Shown one piece after another: positions 8,572 to 16,541 of a stretch of DNA of 32,000 nucleotides (its first letter is position 1; every line of letters starts with the position of its first letter). The position numbers were made by a program, and so were the translations under genes. The notes below the pieces were generated by a model that had not been told where the DNA came from, did not search any database, and saw only the letters and a list, made by a program, of their open reading frames with translations. The DNA is from Desulfobulbus propionicus (lineage in GTDB: Bacteria; Desulfobacterota; Dissulfuribacteria; Dissulfuribacterales; DYLC01), in contig DYLC01000001.1 of assembly GCA_020722285.1 (NCBI GenBank), positions 21,984 to 53,983 of the forward strand, given 5' to 3'.

Positions 8572-10287
8572 TTATTTTTTAAAAAGGCTCACATCAACTA
8601 TTTTGGCGTCAAAGATGGCCAATGCATCCTGCACCAGTCTGTGCTGCAATAACTGTTCTTTTGTGCCGCCCTGCTGTCTATCTTGTTTTGTATCAGCAAG
8701 ATCAGCGGTCTCCTGTCGATCTACAGGAACAACAGACAAGGCTATGGTGCGGCCTGCAAACTCAGAGGCCATACCCCTGAGCTTTACAAGGTTGCCTTCA
8801 GCCTTTAGCATCTCATACTCAAAACCCGGATTGCACTCAAGGATCAATTGATCAGGCCTGTCAGTTGGCTGGATATTTTTACAGCATCTGAGATATGTTT
8901 CAAGCGGTGGATTATGCCTTCGAACAACATCACAGAAATCCTTCCAATTGTCATTGGTAATGCTGCTTGCAAGGGGCTTTTCATGTGTTTTTTCTTCTTC
9001 ACAGGAAACTGTCTGCTTGGATTCCAATGTATTTTTTCCTGTGGCAACAGTTGCTGACGGTTGAAAGTTTACAGCCTTAGTCTGCCCTCTCGCAGTATTT
9101 ACTACAATTTCTGGTCCCTCACATGTTGTTTTATGTATAAATTGAGGCCGGATATCTCCAATCTTCTCAAGAATTGAAGCAAGAGGCACCAGATTTTTTA
9201 TTGTGCAAAGACGCACCAAGAGTATCTCAGATAAAATTCTTGGGCTTGATGACCGTGAAAGTCCTTCCAGGCTTTTCATCAGCATATCAAGAAGCTGAAG
9301 AATAAAAACAGCAGATACTGTATCAAGTAAACGCTTAAGTTCTTCATCGCTGGCCAAATCAACACCGCTCACCAAAAGAGGCATAGCCTTGTCATATCCA
9401 AGCTCCTTTACCAGCAAGGTATCCCGCAAGGCATGAGCAAAATCCATAAGCAACCCTTTGAGCTCAACACCTTTCAGATAAGCTGTTTCCAGTTGTTCAA
9501 GCGCCATAGCGACATCAGACGTTAAAATCGCCTTCAATAGTCCGGTTAGCACAGTACTTTTGACAATACCAAGGGCATCACACAGATCTTCTGTGTTCAT
9601 TACCCCATAGGCGATGGCCTGGTCCAGCAAACTCAGGCTGTCACGGACACTTCCATCCGCCTCTTTGGCAATGAGAGACACAGCCTCATGCTCCATGCAT
9701 AAGCCCTCTTTTTGCAAAAGATTCTCTAAATGTCTGGCTATATCAAGATGATGTAACCGTTTAAACTCATGATGCTGACAACGAGAATGGATAGTGGCCG
9801 GAATTTTCTGAGACTCAGTAGTGGCCAGGATGAAATAGACAAAGCCAGGCGGCTCCTCAAGAGTCTTGAGCAGGGCGTTAAACGCCTCCTTGGTGAGCAT
9901 ATGCACTTCATCTATAATATAAACCCGAAAGCGGCACATGGCTGGCATGAATTTGCAGTTTTCCCTAAGCGCCCTTATCTCATCTATTCCACGATTGGAA
10001 GCACCATCAATCTCCTGGACATCAACTGCTGTGCCATTGGTGATTGCATGACATTTTGGACAGGTATTGCATGGAGTAGGAGTAGGACCGTGGTCACAAT
10101 TAAGCGCCTTGGCAAGAATGCGGGCAACAGTAGTCTTTCCCACTCCTCTAACGCCACTGAATATCTGGGCATGGGCAAGCCTTTTATTCTCTATTGCATT
10201 TTGAAGTGTTCTGGTGACAGAGGCTTGCCCGATGACATCTTCAAATGCCTGAGGTCTGTATTTTCTGGCAAGGACCAAGTATGACAT
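8572..10287 (-). CDS. dnaX: DNA polymerase III subunit gamma/tau
   Basis: MSYLVLARKYRPQAFEDVIGQ, Walker A GVRGVGKTTVARILAK, zinc module CDHGPTPTPCNTCPKCH, and Walker B YIIDEVHML. Start is set at the ATG at 10287. The ORF-track extension to 10332 overlaps the SRP RNA gene. Confidence 0.95.
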   Translation of the reverse strand: MSYLVLARKYRPQAFEDVIGQASVTRTLQNAIENKRLAHAQIFSGVRGVGKTTVARILAKALNCDHGPTPTPCNTCPKCHAITNGTAVDVQEIDGASNRGIDEIRALRENCKFMPAMCRFRVYIIDEVHMLTKEAFNALLKTLEEPPGFVYFILATTESQKIPATIHSRCQHHEFKRLHHLDIARHLENLLQKEGLCMEHEAVSLIAKEADGSVRDSLSLLDQAIAYGVMNTEDLCDALGIVKSTVLTGLLKAILTSDVAMALEQLETAYLKGVELKGLLMDFAHALRDTLLVKELGYDKAMPLLVSGVDLASDEELKRLLDTVSAVFILQLLDMLMKSLEGLSRSSSPRILSEILLVRLCTIKNLVPLASILEKIGDIRPQFIHKTTCEGPEIVVNTARGQTKAVNFQPSATVATGKNTLESKQTVSCEEEKTHEKPLASSITNDNWKDFCDVVRRHNPPLETYLRCCKNIQPTDRPDQLILECNPGFEYEMLKAEGNLVKLRGMASEFAGRTIALSVVPVDRQETADLADTKQDRQQGGTKEQLLQHRLVQDALAIFDAKIVDVSLFKK

Positions 10288-10310
10288 ATAGTATTTCAAA
10301 GACAAAAATA

Positions 10311-10404
10311 GCCAGGCACCCCCGCGGCACACAAGATTGACTGCTGCCGTTGCTTCCTTCCGGACCTAGCGGGGTTCACAGGACCATGTTGCGCAGGACC
10401 TGGC
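10311..10404 (-). ncRNA. ffs: Signal recognition particle RNA (small 4.5S type)
   Basis: The minus strand reads GCCAGGUCCUGCGC...GCUAGGUCCGGAAGGAAGCAACGGCAGC...GCCGCGGGGGUGCCUGGC. It contains the conserved domain IV motif GGUCCGGAAGGAAGCA. The 5' GCCAGG/CCUGCG segments pair with the 3' CGCGGG/CCUGGC segments, and UAUUUUUG follows. The position just upstream of dnaX is a classic synteny. Ends are accurate to about 5 nt. Confidence 0.8.
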
Positions 10405-10425
10405 TAAACAGGGGATAAAGTTAGA

Positions 10426-10518
10426 TGGCGGAGAGGGAGGGATTTGAACCCTCGGTACACCTTTTGGGCATACACACGATTTCCAATCGTGCTCCTTCAG
10501 CCGCTCGGACACCTCTCC
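10426..10518 (-). tRNA. tRNA-Ser(GGA): tRNA-Ser (anticodon GGA), long variable arm, CCA encoded
   Basis: The reverse complement is GGAGAGGUGUCCGAGCGGCUGAAGGAGCACGAUUGGAAAUCGUG...CCGAGGGUUCAAAUCCCUCCCUCUCCGCCA. The acceptor stem is GGAGAGG/CCUCUCC. The anticodon stem is CACGA/UCGUG with loop UUGGAAA. The T-loop is GGUUCAAAUCC. Confidence 0.95.
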
Positions 10519-10591
10519 ACAGAGGATTTTACAATACGCTGTATCAACTAAGTTTGCAAGTAGGGAAAGAAGATTTTTTTAGCTTTCAGAT

Positions 10592-10617
10592 GTAACCACA
10601 CAAAAAAGCCCCTCTCT
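10592..10617 (-). terminator. Rho-independent terminator downstream of tRNA-Arg
   Basis: The minus strand reads AGCCCCUC-CAAGA-GAGGGGCU followed by UUUUUUG. This is an 8-bp GC-rich stem, a short loop and a U6 tract. Confidence 0.8.
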
Positions 10618-10643
10618 TGGAGGGGCTAACCTATTGATTTTAT

Positions 10644-10720
10644 TGGTATGCCTGAAGGGATTCGAACCCCTGGCCTTCGGATTCGTAGTCCGACGCTCTA
10701 TCCAACTGAGCTACAGGCAC
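10644..10720 (-). tRNA. tRNA-Arg(ACG): tRNA-Arg (anticodon ACG), CCA encoded
   Basis: The reverse complement is GUGCCUGUAGCUCAGUUGGAUAGAGCGUCGGACUACGAAUCCGAAGGCCAGGGGUUCGAAUCCCUUCAGGCAUACCA. The D-arm is GCUC/GAGC. The anticodon stem is UCGGA/UCCGA with loop CUACGAA. The T-loop is UUCGAAU. As encoded, the acceptor stem begins with a G1-U72 wobble. Confidence 0.92.
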
Positions 10721-10753
10721 ATAACATAAAATAGTAGATTGTAAGTAACAATC

Positions 10754-10939
10754 TTACCACCAACTAATTGTCTGATCGGCCTCAAATATCATCTGAACAA
10801 GCATGTCATAATTAGGTTTATTCTTGTACAGAGCATACTCTTTTACGTCACGATCTCTATTAATTATTGCTACAAGCTTATTTACAGTTTCACAAGGCTC
10901 ATTTCTATAGATATGAAGTATTTTTTTTGTGTCACTCAT
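10754..10939 (-). CDS. Small conserved hypothetical protein, last gene of the YTD-type cluster; short DsrH/TusB-like protein by my reading
   Basis: 61 aa with RBS AAGGAG, 14 nt after the preceding gene. The N-terminus KKILHIYRNEP and C-terminus NYDMLVQMIFEADQTISWW resemble the ends of TusB/DsrH as I recall them (MLHTLHRSP... and ...YTDFVRLTVKHPSQMAW). The family assignment is an inference. Confidence 0.55.
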   Translation of the reverse strand: MSDTKKILHIYRNEPCETVNKLVAIINRDRDVKEYALYKNKPNYDMLVQMIFEADQTISWW

Positions 10940-10953
10940 CTTATCGCTCCTTA

Positions 10954-11298
10954 TTACTCGCCACAGGCAGGTGGTGGCGTCTTGGTCTGTTTTGACAAAC
11001 CATAAGGTATGATGATATCAGCCTCTCTAAGCCTTTCGCCAAGCTCTTCCAAGGTAACGGGTGTCAACTCAACACCTTCTGGAAGCTCAGCTCCATCACA
11101 ACCCATCTGCAAAACATCACCCTCCATATCCCGTATCCAATCTATATTCTCTTTCAGATAATCTGAAAAGCGAGGAAGCTCGCCATTCATAAACACTGGA
11201 TAGGCATAATGATTTTCCACTGCCTGACCTAAGGCTGAACGTACACCGTCGCCAGCATAAATCCTGTTTGGAAGAAGCATATATATCTTTTTAGACAT
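10954..11298 (-). CDS. Conserved hypothetical protein of the YTD-type cluster; DsrF/TusC-like core with a Cys-bearing C-terminal tail
   Basis: 114 aa with RBS AAAGGAG. KKIYMLLPNRIYAGDGVRSALGQA and VTLEELGERLREADIIIPY resemble the first strand-helix and the C-terminus of TusC/DsrF (recalled as ...LRRELANYDVILRF). An extra tail GLSKQTKTPPPACGE follows. The family assignment is an inference. Confidence 0.6.
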   Translation of the reverse strand: MSKKIYMLLPNRIYAGDGVRSALGQAVENHYAYPVFMNGELPRFSDYLKENIDWIRDMEGDVLQMGCDGAELPEGVELTPVTLEELGERLREADIIIPYGLSKQTKTPPPACGE

Positions 11299-11313
11299 TT
11301 TTTAATCTCCTTT

Positions 11314-11646
11314 TTAAAGGACAAGATATTTGCCGCACTCATCAAGCACAGCACCGTGATATGCCTGAGTGCGCATCTGACGAGCGGTTAACCCCTGAGG
11401 TATGTCCTTCTCAGGGTCATACCCTTCACATGTGTAGCTATCGGCACATATAGCAATATCTTCAATATCACAAAGATTCGCAAGGGTTACAAAATCAGGA
11501 CTTTTGGTCAGATGAACTGACTTGAAAGTGAAAAACACCATCACTTTTTTCCCTGCCCTCACAGCAGCCTTGGCTATGCCCACCAGATGGGACATATGCT
11601 GCGGAGAAGTTACAAATATTCCAAGCTTATTTGGATCAGCAGACAT
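11314..11646 (-). CDS. DsrE-family (DsrE/TusD-like) sulfur-relay protein
   Basis: MSADPNKLGIFVTSPQHMSHLVGIAKAAVRAGKKVMVFFTFKSVHL shows the DsrE-fold pattern, and cysteines occur in ICADSYTCEG. Start is set at the ATG at 11646, preceded by TTAAGGAGAAAAAA. The ORF-track TTG at 11673 has no RBS. Confidence 0.7.
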   Translation of the reverse strand: MSADPNKLGIFVTSPQHMSHLVGIAKAAVRAGKKVMVFFTFKSVHLTKSPDFVTLANLCDIEDIAICADSYTCEGYDPEKDIPQGLTARQMRTQAYHGAVLDECGKYLVL

Positions 11647-11711
11647 TTTTTTCTCCTTAATTTTTAAACGCAATTTTTAGAAAAAATATACCCCCCGCTC
11701 AACCCTGAGCA

Positions 11712-11969
11712 CTATTTTTTCTTTACAAAAAAACGAATAAACCCTGAATCTTCCTTCTCGCCAAGATACTCATGTCCAGAACGGGCACACCAGCCTGGTA
11801 TATCGTTTCTTGAACCAGGATCTGTGCCAAGAACCTCAAGGATTTCACCTGCATTGATCTTCTCAATCTCTTTTTTAGTGCGTAGAAGAGGCATTGGGCA
11901 GCTAAGTCCCTTTGCATCCAATGTGCGCGCTACACTAAGACCATCTGGAGCCTGTTTAATGTCACTCAT
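11712..11969 (-). CDS. tusA: TusA-family sulfurtransferase / sulfur carrier
   Basis: 85 aa. LDAKGLSCPMPLLRTKKEIEKINAGEILEVLGTDPGSRNDIPGW carries the CPxP active-site motif and the TusA fold pattern. RBS is TAGGAGGAAAAC. Confidence 0.9.
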   Translation of the reverse strand: MSDIKQAPDGLSVARTLDAKGLSCPMPLLRTKKEIEKINAGEILEVLGTDPGSRNDIPGWCARSGHEYLGEKEDSGFIRFFVKKK

Positions 11970-11998
11970 GTTTTCCTCCTAAAAATTATATTTTTTTA

Positions 11999-13159
11999 TT
12001 ACATTTCAACAACAAGAGCATTGCTGTCTTCATTCCAGTCAATCACAACATACCAAACAACCATCAAGGCTATAATCAAAAACATTGTGCCACCATAACC
12101 AAGATAATCAGGCAGATACACTGCAGAGCCAAGTTTTTCCATCCACCCATTAGCACCAAACCAGTTACGCATCAGGGAGTTTGTAAGCCCAAAGATTATG
12201 ATAACCACCCAGAGTTTAATCTGCCCCTCAGCCACACGCCACAAAGAACCACTTCCACAACCACCTGCAACAACCATTGCTGCGCCGAAGATAAATCCGC
12301 CAACCAAGCTGCCCCAACCAAATGCAGACTCAACATACATGGAAGTATCCCTGAGCTCAGTAAACTTCAGAATCGCTATTCCAAACATACCCAATATTAC
12401 ACTGACAGCAACTGCCTTTCCCATTGCAGCCTCACCTGTCATAAACGGCTCCCTGAAACCGTTTACCATACAAAGCCTGCTGCGATGAAATACATAACCG
12501 ATGCCAGCACCAATCAACAAATAACCAGGCATCAACTCTGCACCATCAACATCAGAACCAGTATATGCATAAGCAGCCCCAATCAGAGCAGCAAATCCCA
12601 CCCAGCCCAAGGCTGGAGGAAGCTTGTTAAGTATGGTTGGCCCAGCAGGACCTGGAGTAAAATGCTCCATTTCCCAGTAGATGTATCTAAGCCCCACATA
12701 CACACCGGCAATAAGACCAATCATCATAGTTATGCCACTGGCAGAAAGGTTCTGAATCGCACAGTAAAACCCTCCAACATTACAACCAAAAGCCAGAGTT
12801 GAGCCAATCCCCATCAGGATGCCAGCAATAACACCCTTCCAAATCTCAAGCATCGGAGGAAATCTGAAGGCAAACTCACGGGCGATCACAGCAGAAATCC
12901 AGGCGCCAGCCAGTATTCCAATATCAATTACAGAGGATGAGAAATACAGCGGATGCTTGGGCGCATTTTCATATAAACCAACGGCATAAAATACCCAGTC
13001 TCCCCAATTACGAATCCCGCCAACCACTCCCCAGGGCCTTGCCCACGCTACCATAAATATAGACAACAAGGCAAGCAGTATCCCCCCGGTCATAGGAGAC
13101 CAGGTACGCTTAAAAAACGAATCATAAATCTCTGAAACCTTACTTGACATTGAACTCAT
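11999..13159 (-). CDS. yeeE: YeeE/YedE-family membrane transporter (thiosulfate or sulfur-compound uptake type)
   Basis: 386 aa, polytopic and glycine-rich, with the duplicated YeeE/YedE motifs LAFGCNVGG and VVAGGCGSGSLWR. RBS is CAGGAGGGG. A tusA-like gene follows 29 nt downstream. Confidence 0.88.
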   Translation of the reverse strand: MSSMSSKVSEIYDSFFKRTWSPMTGGILLALLSIFMVAWARPWGVVGGIRNWGDWVFYAVGLYENAPKHPLYFSSSVIDIGILAGAWISAVIAREFAFRFPPMLEIWKGVIAGILMGIGSTLAFGCNVGGFYCAIQNLSASGITMMIGLIAGVYVGLRYIYWEMEHFTPGPAGPTILNKLPPALGWVGFAALIGAAYAYTGSDVDGAELMPGYLLIGAGIGYVFHRSRLCMVNGFREPFMTGEAAMGKAVAVSVILGMFGIAILKFTELRDTSMYVESAFGWGSLVGGFIFGAAMVVAGGCGSGSLWRVAEGQIKLWVVIIIFGLTNSLMRNWFGANGWMEKLGSAVYLPDYLGYGGTMFLIIALMVVWYVVIDWNEDSNALVVEM

Positions 13160-13313
13160 TTCAACCCCTCCTGCTTATGCTTTTGTATTGCATGTAATGA
13201 AAAAACAAATTAACATAATTGTTACATGGTTAGGTCGTACCAAAAATCACGCACTATGTCAAGATATTAGATGAATGACCATTCATTAGTTTGCATACAG
13301 CAGGAGGTTGAAC

Positions 13314-15980
13314 TTGAAACACAAAACATACAAAACAATTTTATTTATACTATCAATTAGTTATCTTTTTTTTACTCTTCAAAATAGCTTCGCTAAAGGA
13401 GACAACATGGACAAGCACGACCTTGTTTCTAAGAAAAAATTACAAAATGGAGTTGTTAGCATCATAAAACACAGCAACCGAGCGCCTGTTGTGGCGGTTC
13501 AGGTCTGGGTAATGGCAGGCAGCGCCTATGAAACACCTCAACAAGCCGGCATCACTCATTTGATCGAACACATGATATTTAAAGGAACTGAAAAACGGAA
13601 GCCAGGTGAAATCGCAAGCTCTATTGAGACAATTGGAGGCTCCATCAATGCCTACACCTCCCTTGACTATACAGTATATCATTGCGAAGTGCCACGAGAT
13701 GCAGCCAGACAGGCCATTGATATCCTTGCAGATGCGGTGTTTCACTCAACCTTCGACCCTGTTGAGCTTGAAAGGGAAAAACAGGTTGTGCTGGAAGAGA
13801 TCAAGATGCGTGAAGACAGACCCACGTCCAGACTCTCAAGGATTGTAATGGAAAACGCCTACACCGTACACCCCTACAAAAGGCCTGTAATAGGCTTTGA
13901 ACACACAGTCAACAGCTTTACCAGAGACGACATCCTTGCCTATATGAAGCAGCGTTATCAGCCTGAAAACATAAAAGTTGTGATAGTAGGAGATATCCCT
14001 GTAGAACAAGGCCACCTTTTGACAGAGGAATTTTTTGGAAATATCTCAGGCGCAAAGCAGGAGCAACCTAAACCCCAACGAGAAACAGCGCAGACCGCCC
14101 TAAGGCTACATGTTGAAAACATGAACATTCACGAGGGCTATCTTGCCATGGCCTTTTCCGGTCTTCCCCCATTCGACCACGAAGACACAGTAGCCCTGGA
14201 CTTGCTGGCAACGGTTCTTGGAGAAGGAACCAGCTCAAGATTAACAAAAAATCTCAAAGACAAAAAACAACTCGTCCACTCCATAAGCAGCTACTCATTT
14301 ACCCCTCAAGGCCCTGGGCTTTTCGAGATAACTTCATCAATTGAGCCAAAACTCGCCACCCAAGTAATAATAGAAACAGTTCGTGAATTGGTCTTACTGC
14401 AAAACGAACTCATTTCAGACAATGAACTGAATAGGGCAAAAACACAGGTTGAAAAAGGTTTTATATCCAGCAGAGAAACAATGGAGGGAGATGCTCAAAA
14501 ATACGGAATATTTGAGGCGCTTAAAGGGGAACCAGATGCAGAAACCGTTTACATTGCCAAACTCAGGGCTCTTACCCCTAAGGACATACAAAATGTTGCC
14601 CAAAAATATATGGCAGTATCTAATCTTACTATTGCAGCAGTATTTCCCAACGACACCAAAACTTCACTGAATGCAGATGAACTGCAACAAGAACTTGTCA
14701 AGCAAGGACTTTCGCCTGTACCTGCTTCTGATGTCCAAAGCGTCTTTGCACCTGTCGAAAAACTATCGCTCTCCAATGGCATGACGCTGCTGATCCGAGA
14801 GCTGCCAGATGTTCCAACAGTTGCAGTCAAAGCAGTTTTTCCCGGGGGATTAAGACACGAATCCCCTGAAACCAACGGGCTTTTTAACTATCTGGCGAGA
14901 TCCTGGATAAAAGGAACAGATAAATTAAGCGCCCATGAACTTGCAGACAGCATAGAAGGCCTTGGCGGAAGTATAGAAGGATTTGCAGGACAAAACACCT
15001 TTGGTCTGTCTGCCCATTTTTTAAGTCAACATCTTGACCAAAGCCTTGCTTTATTCACTGAAACCCTTACATCGCCTGCCTTTTTACAGTCCGAGGTAGA
15101 AAGCCTCAAATCATCCATGCTTGCTGAATTGAAACATCAGGAGGACTCCCTGACTTCAATAACATTGAGGGAATTCAGAAGAGAATTGTATTCGCCTCAC
15201 CCTTACAGTTTAAATCTTGTTGGAAGTGAACCTGTTTTTCAGAAAACTACCTCAAGCGATCTAAAAAGACTCTATGACACATATTGCCTGCCTGAAAAAG
15301 GCGTTATTTCCATTGTAGGCGATGTAAAATCATCAGATATCATCCAGAAACTTGAAAACCTGCTTGGAAACTGGAAACCAGCGCCGGTTGCAGTTGCAGC
15401 GCCACAAAGGCCAAAACCCAATCCTCTAAATGAACCAAGGATATTTAAACTTAAAAAAGAAAAGGAACAGACCCACGTTATTCTTGGTTTTCCTTCTGCC
15501 TCCATAGACCACCCTGACAGATTCAGTCTCGAAGTATTGAGCGCCATACTTGCAGGACAGGGGGGCAGACTTTTTACAAACCTGCGGGACAAGGAAAGCC
15601 TCGCTTACTCAGTTACATTTACCGTGGGCCTCGGGATTGAATATGGCTATGCGGCATTTTACATAGCCTGCTCCCCGGAAAAAACCAACGACGCAACCAA
15701 AGCCTTCTGGAGAGAGATATATCTGCTACTTGAAAATCCAGTTTCCCAGCAGGAAATAGACAGGGCAAAGGCATGGCTTATAGGAGAGCACGAAATAGGC
15801 CTGCAGACAAACGCATCCCAGGCGCTTGACATCGCAATCAATGAGCTTTATGGACTTGGATACAGCTTTTCCGAACAATACATCCAACGCATCAAGGATG
15901 TTACGAGAGAAGATGTGCATAGAATAGCCAGGACTTATCTTACGCCCAAAAACTATGTGTTGATACAGGTAGGGTCATAG
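13314..15980 (+). CDS. Secreted double-length M16 (pitrilysin/insulinase) family zinc peptidase
   Basis: The inverted zinc motif HxxEH sits in GITHLIEHMIFKGT, followed by REKQVVLEEIKMRED. A second M16-like half (about residues 480-890) lacks HxxEH. N-terminal signal peptide is KTILFILSISYLFFTLQNSFA. I prefer the TTG at 13314, 6 nt after AGGAGG, over the TTG at 13308, which abuts the RBS. Confidence 0.88.
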   Translation: MKHKTYKTILFILSISYLFFTLQNSFAKGDNMDKHDLVSKKKLQNGVVSIIKHSNRAPVVAVQVWVMAGSAYETPQQAGITHLIEHMIFKGTEKRKPGEIASSIETIGGSINAYTSLDYTVYHCEVPRDAARQAIDILADAVFHSTFDPVELEREKQVVLEEIKMREDRPTSRLSRIVMENAYTVHPYKRPVIGFEHTVNSFTRDDILAYMKQRYQPENIKVVIVGDIPVEQGHLLTEEFFGNISGAKQEQPKPQRETAQTALRLHVENMNIHEGYLAMAFSGLPPFDHEDTVALDLLATVLGEGTSSRLTKNLKDKKQLVHSISSYSFTPQGPGLFEITSSIEPKLATQVIIETVRELVLLQNELISDNELNRAKTQVEKGFISSRETMEGDAQKYGIFEALKGEPDAETVYIAKLRALTPKDIQNVAQKYMAVSNLTIAAVFPNDTKTSLNADELQQELVKQGLSPVPASDVQSVFAPVEKLSLSNGMTLLIRELPDVPTVAVKAVFPGGLRHESPETNGLFNYLARSWIKGTDKLSAHELADSIEGLGGSIEGFAGQNTFGLSAHFLSQHLDQSLALFTETLTSPAFLQSEVESLKSSMLAELKHQEDSLTSITLREFRRELYSPHPYSLNLVGSEPVFQKTTSSDLKRLYDTYCLPEKGVISIVGDVKSSDIIQKLENLLGNWKPAPVAVAAPQRPKPNPLNEPRIFKLKKEKEQTHVILGFPSASIDHPDRFSLEVLSAILAGQGGRLFTNLRDKESLAYSVTFTVGLGIEYGYAAFYIACSPEKTNDATKAFWREIYLLLENPVSQQEIDRAKAWLIGEHEIGLQTNASQALDIAINELYGLGYSFSEQYIQRIKDVTREDVHRIARTYLTPKNYVLIQVGS

Positions 15981-16055
15981 CTTGAACTACAACTCACAAG
16001 ATAACAATAACATGGAAAGAGAAATCCAAAATTATTTTGAAAACAAGTACGCTAA

Positions 16056-16541
16056 AAACACCAATATATCTTTATAAAAAACCGACAGAATAGACATGGC
16101 ATTGGATTCGGGTCCGAAATCAAAAAAGACCAAGCTGACAATAACCTGAAAAACATTCGTCCCGCAGATTTAATCGAATATGGTTTTGAAACAGAATTTA
16201 TTGGGCGATTTCCCGTGATTATTGTACTGAATCTACTTGGAATCCATGACCTCTACCAAATCCTAAAAAACCCAAACAGTCAGATAATTACCTCTAAAAA
16301 AATAGATTTTTTGGCTTATGGAATAGAGTTTGACATAGAGGACGACGCTATAGCAGCAATTGCAGAGCTTGCAAGCAAGGAGGAAACAGGGGCAAGGGGA
16401 CTGATTGCCGCCCTTGACATAATTCTTATGCCATTTTTAAAAAAACTACCATCCATGCAAATTAAATCTTTTATTTTGACAAAAGATATGGTTAAAAACC
16501 CCGAGAAAGATCTATCTGAAATTCTTTCTCAAAAACATTAG
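16056..16541 (+). pseudogene. clpX: 5'-truncated remnant of a ClpX-type AAA+ unfoldase gene (C-terminal ~150 aa only)
   Basis: The open frame reads IFIKNRQNRHGIGFGSEIKKDQ...IRPADLIEYGFETEFIGRFPVIIVLNLL...YQILKNPNSQI...IEFDIEDDAIAAIAELASKEETGARGLIAALDIILMPFLKKLPS. This is collinear with the ClpX C-terminal region (IGFG...PEDLIKFGLIPEFIGRLPV...ILTEPKNAL...LEF.DEAL.AIAKKA..RKTGARGLR), including the sensor-2 GARGL motif. The zinc finger and Walker A/B part (about 290 aa) is absent. An in-frame TAA lies at 16053-16055, and there is no RBS or ATG. Confidence 0.65.

Noticed and set aside
8986-8996. A6 run in dnaX (GAAGAAGAAAAAACA on the coding strand) as a possible gamma/tau programmed frameshift site
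   Set aside because: In the reading frame the codons are GAA-GAA-GAA-AAA-ACA, so there is no X-XXY-YYZ heptamer like the E. coli A-AAA-AAG. I saw no adjacent stable hairpin. This is not supportable from sequence alone.
10288-10332. N-terminal extension of dnaX (MCRGGAWLFLSLKYY...) in the ORF track
   Set aside because: It overlaps the 3' part of the SRP RNA gene. The conserved DnaX N-terminus begins at the internal ATG (MSYLVLARKYRP).
10426-10753. tRNA genes as an integration site for a mobile element or genomic island
   Set aside because: No integrase, direct repeat of a tRNA 3' end, or foreign-looking genes flank the tRNAs. The neighbours are the YTD operon on one side and ffs-dnaX on the other.
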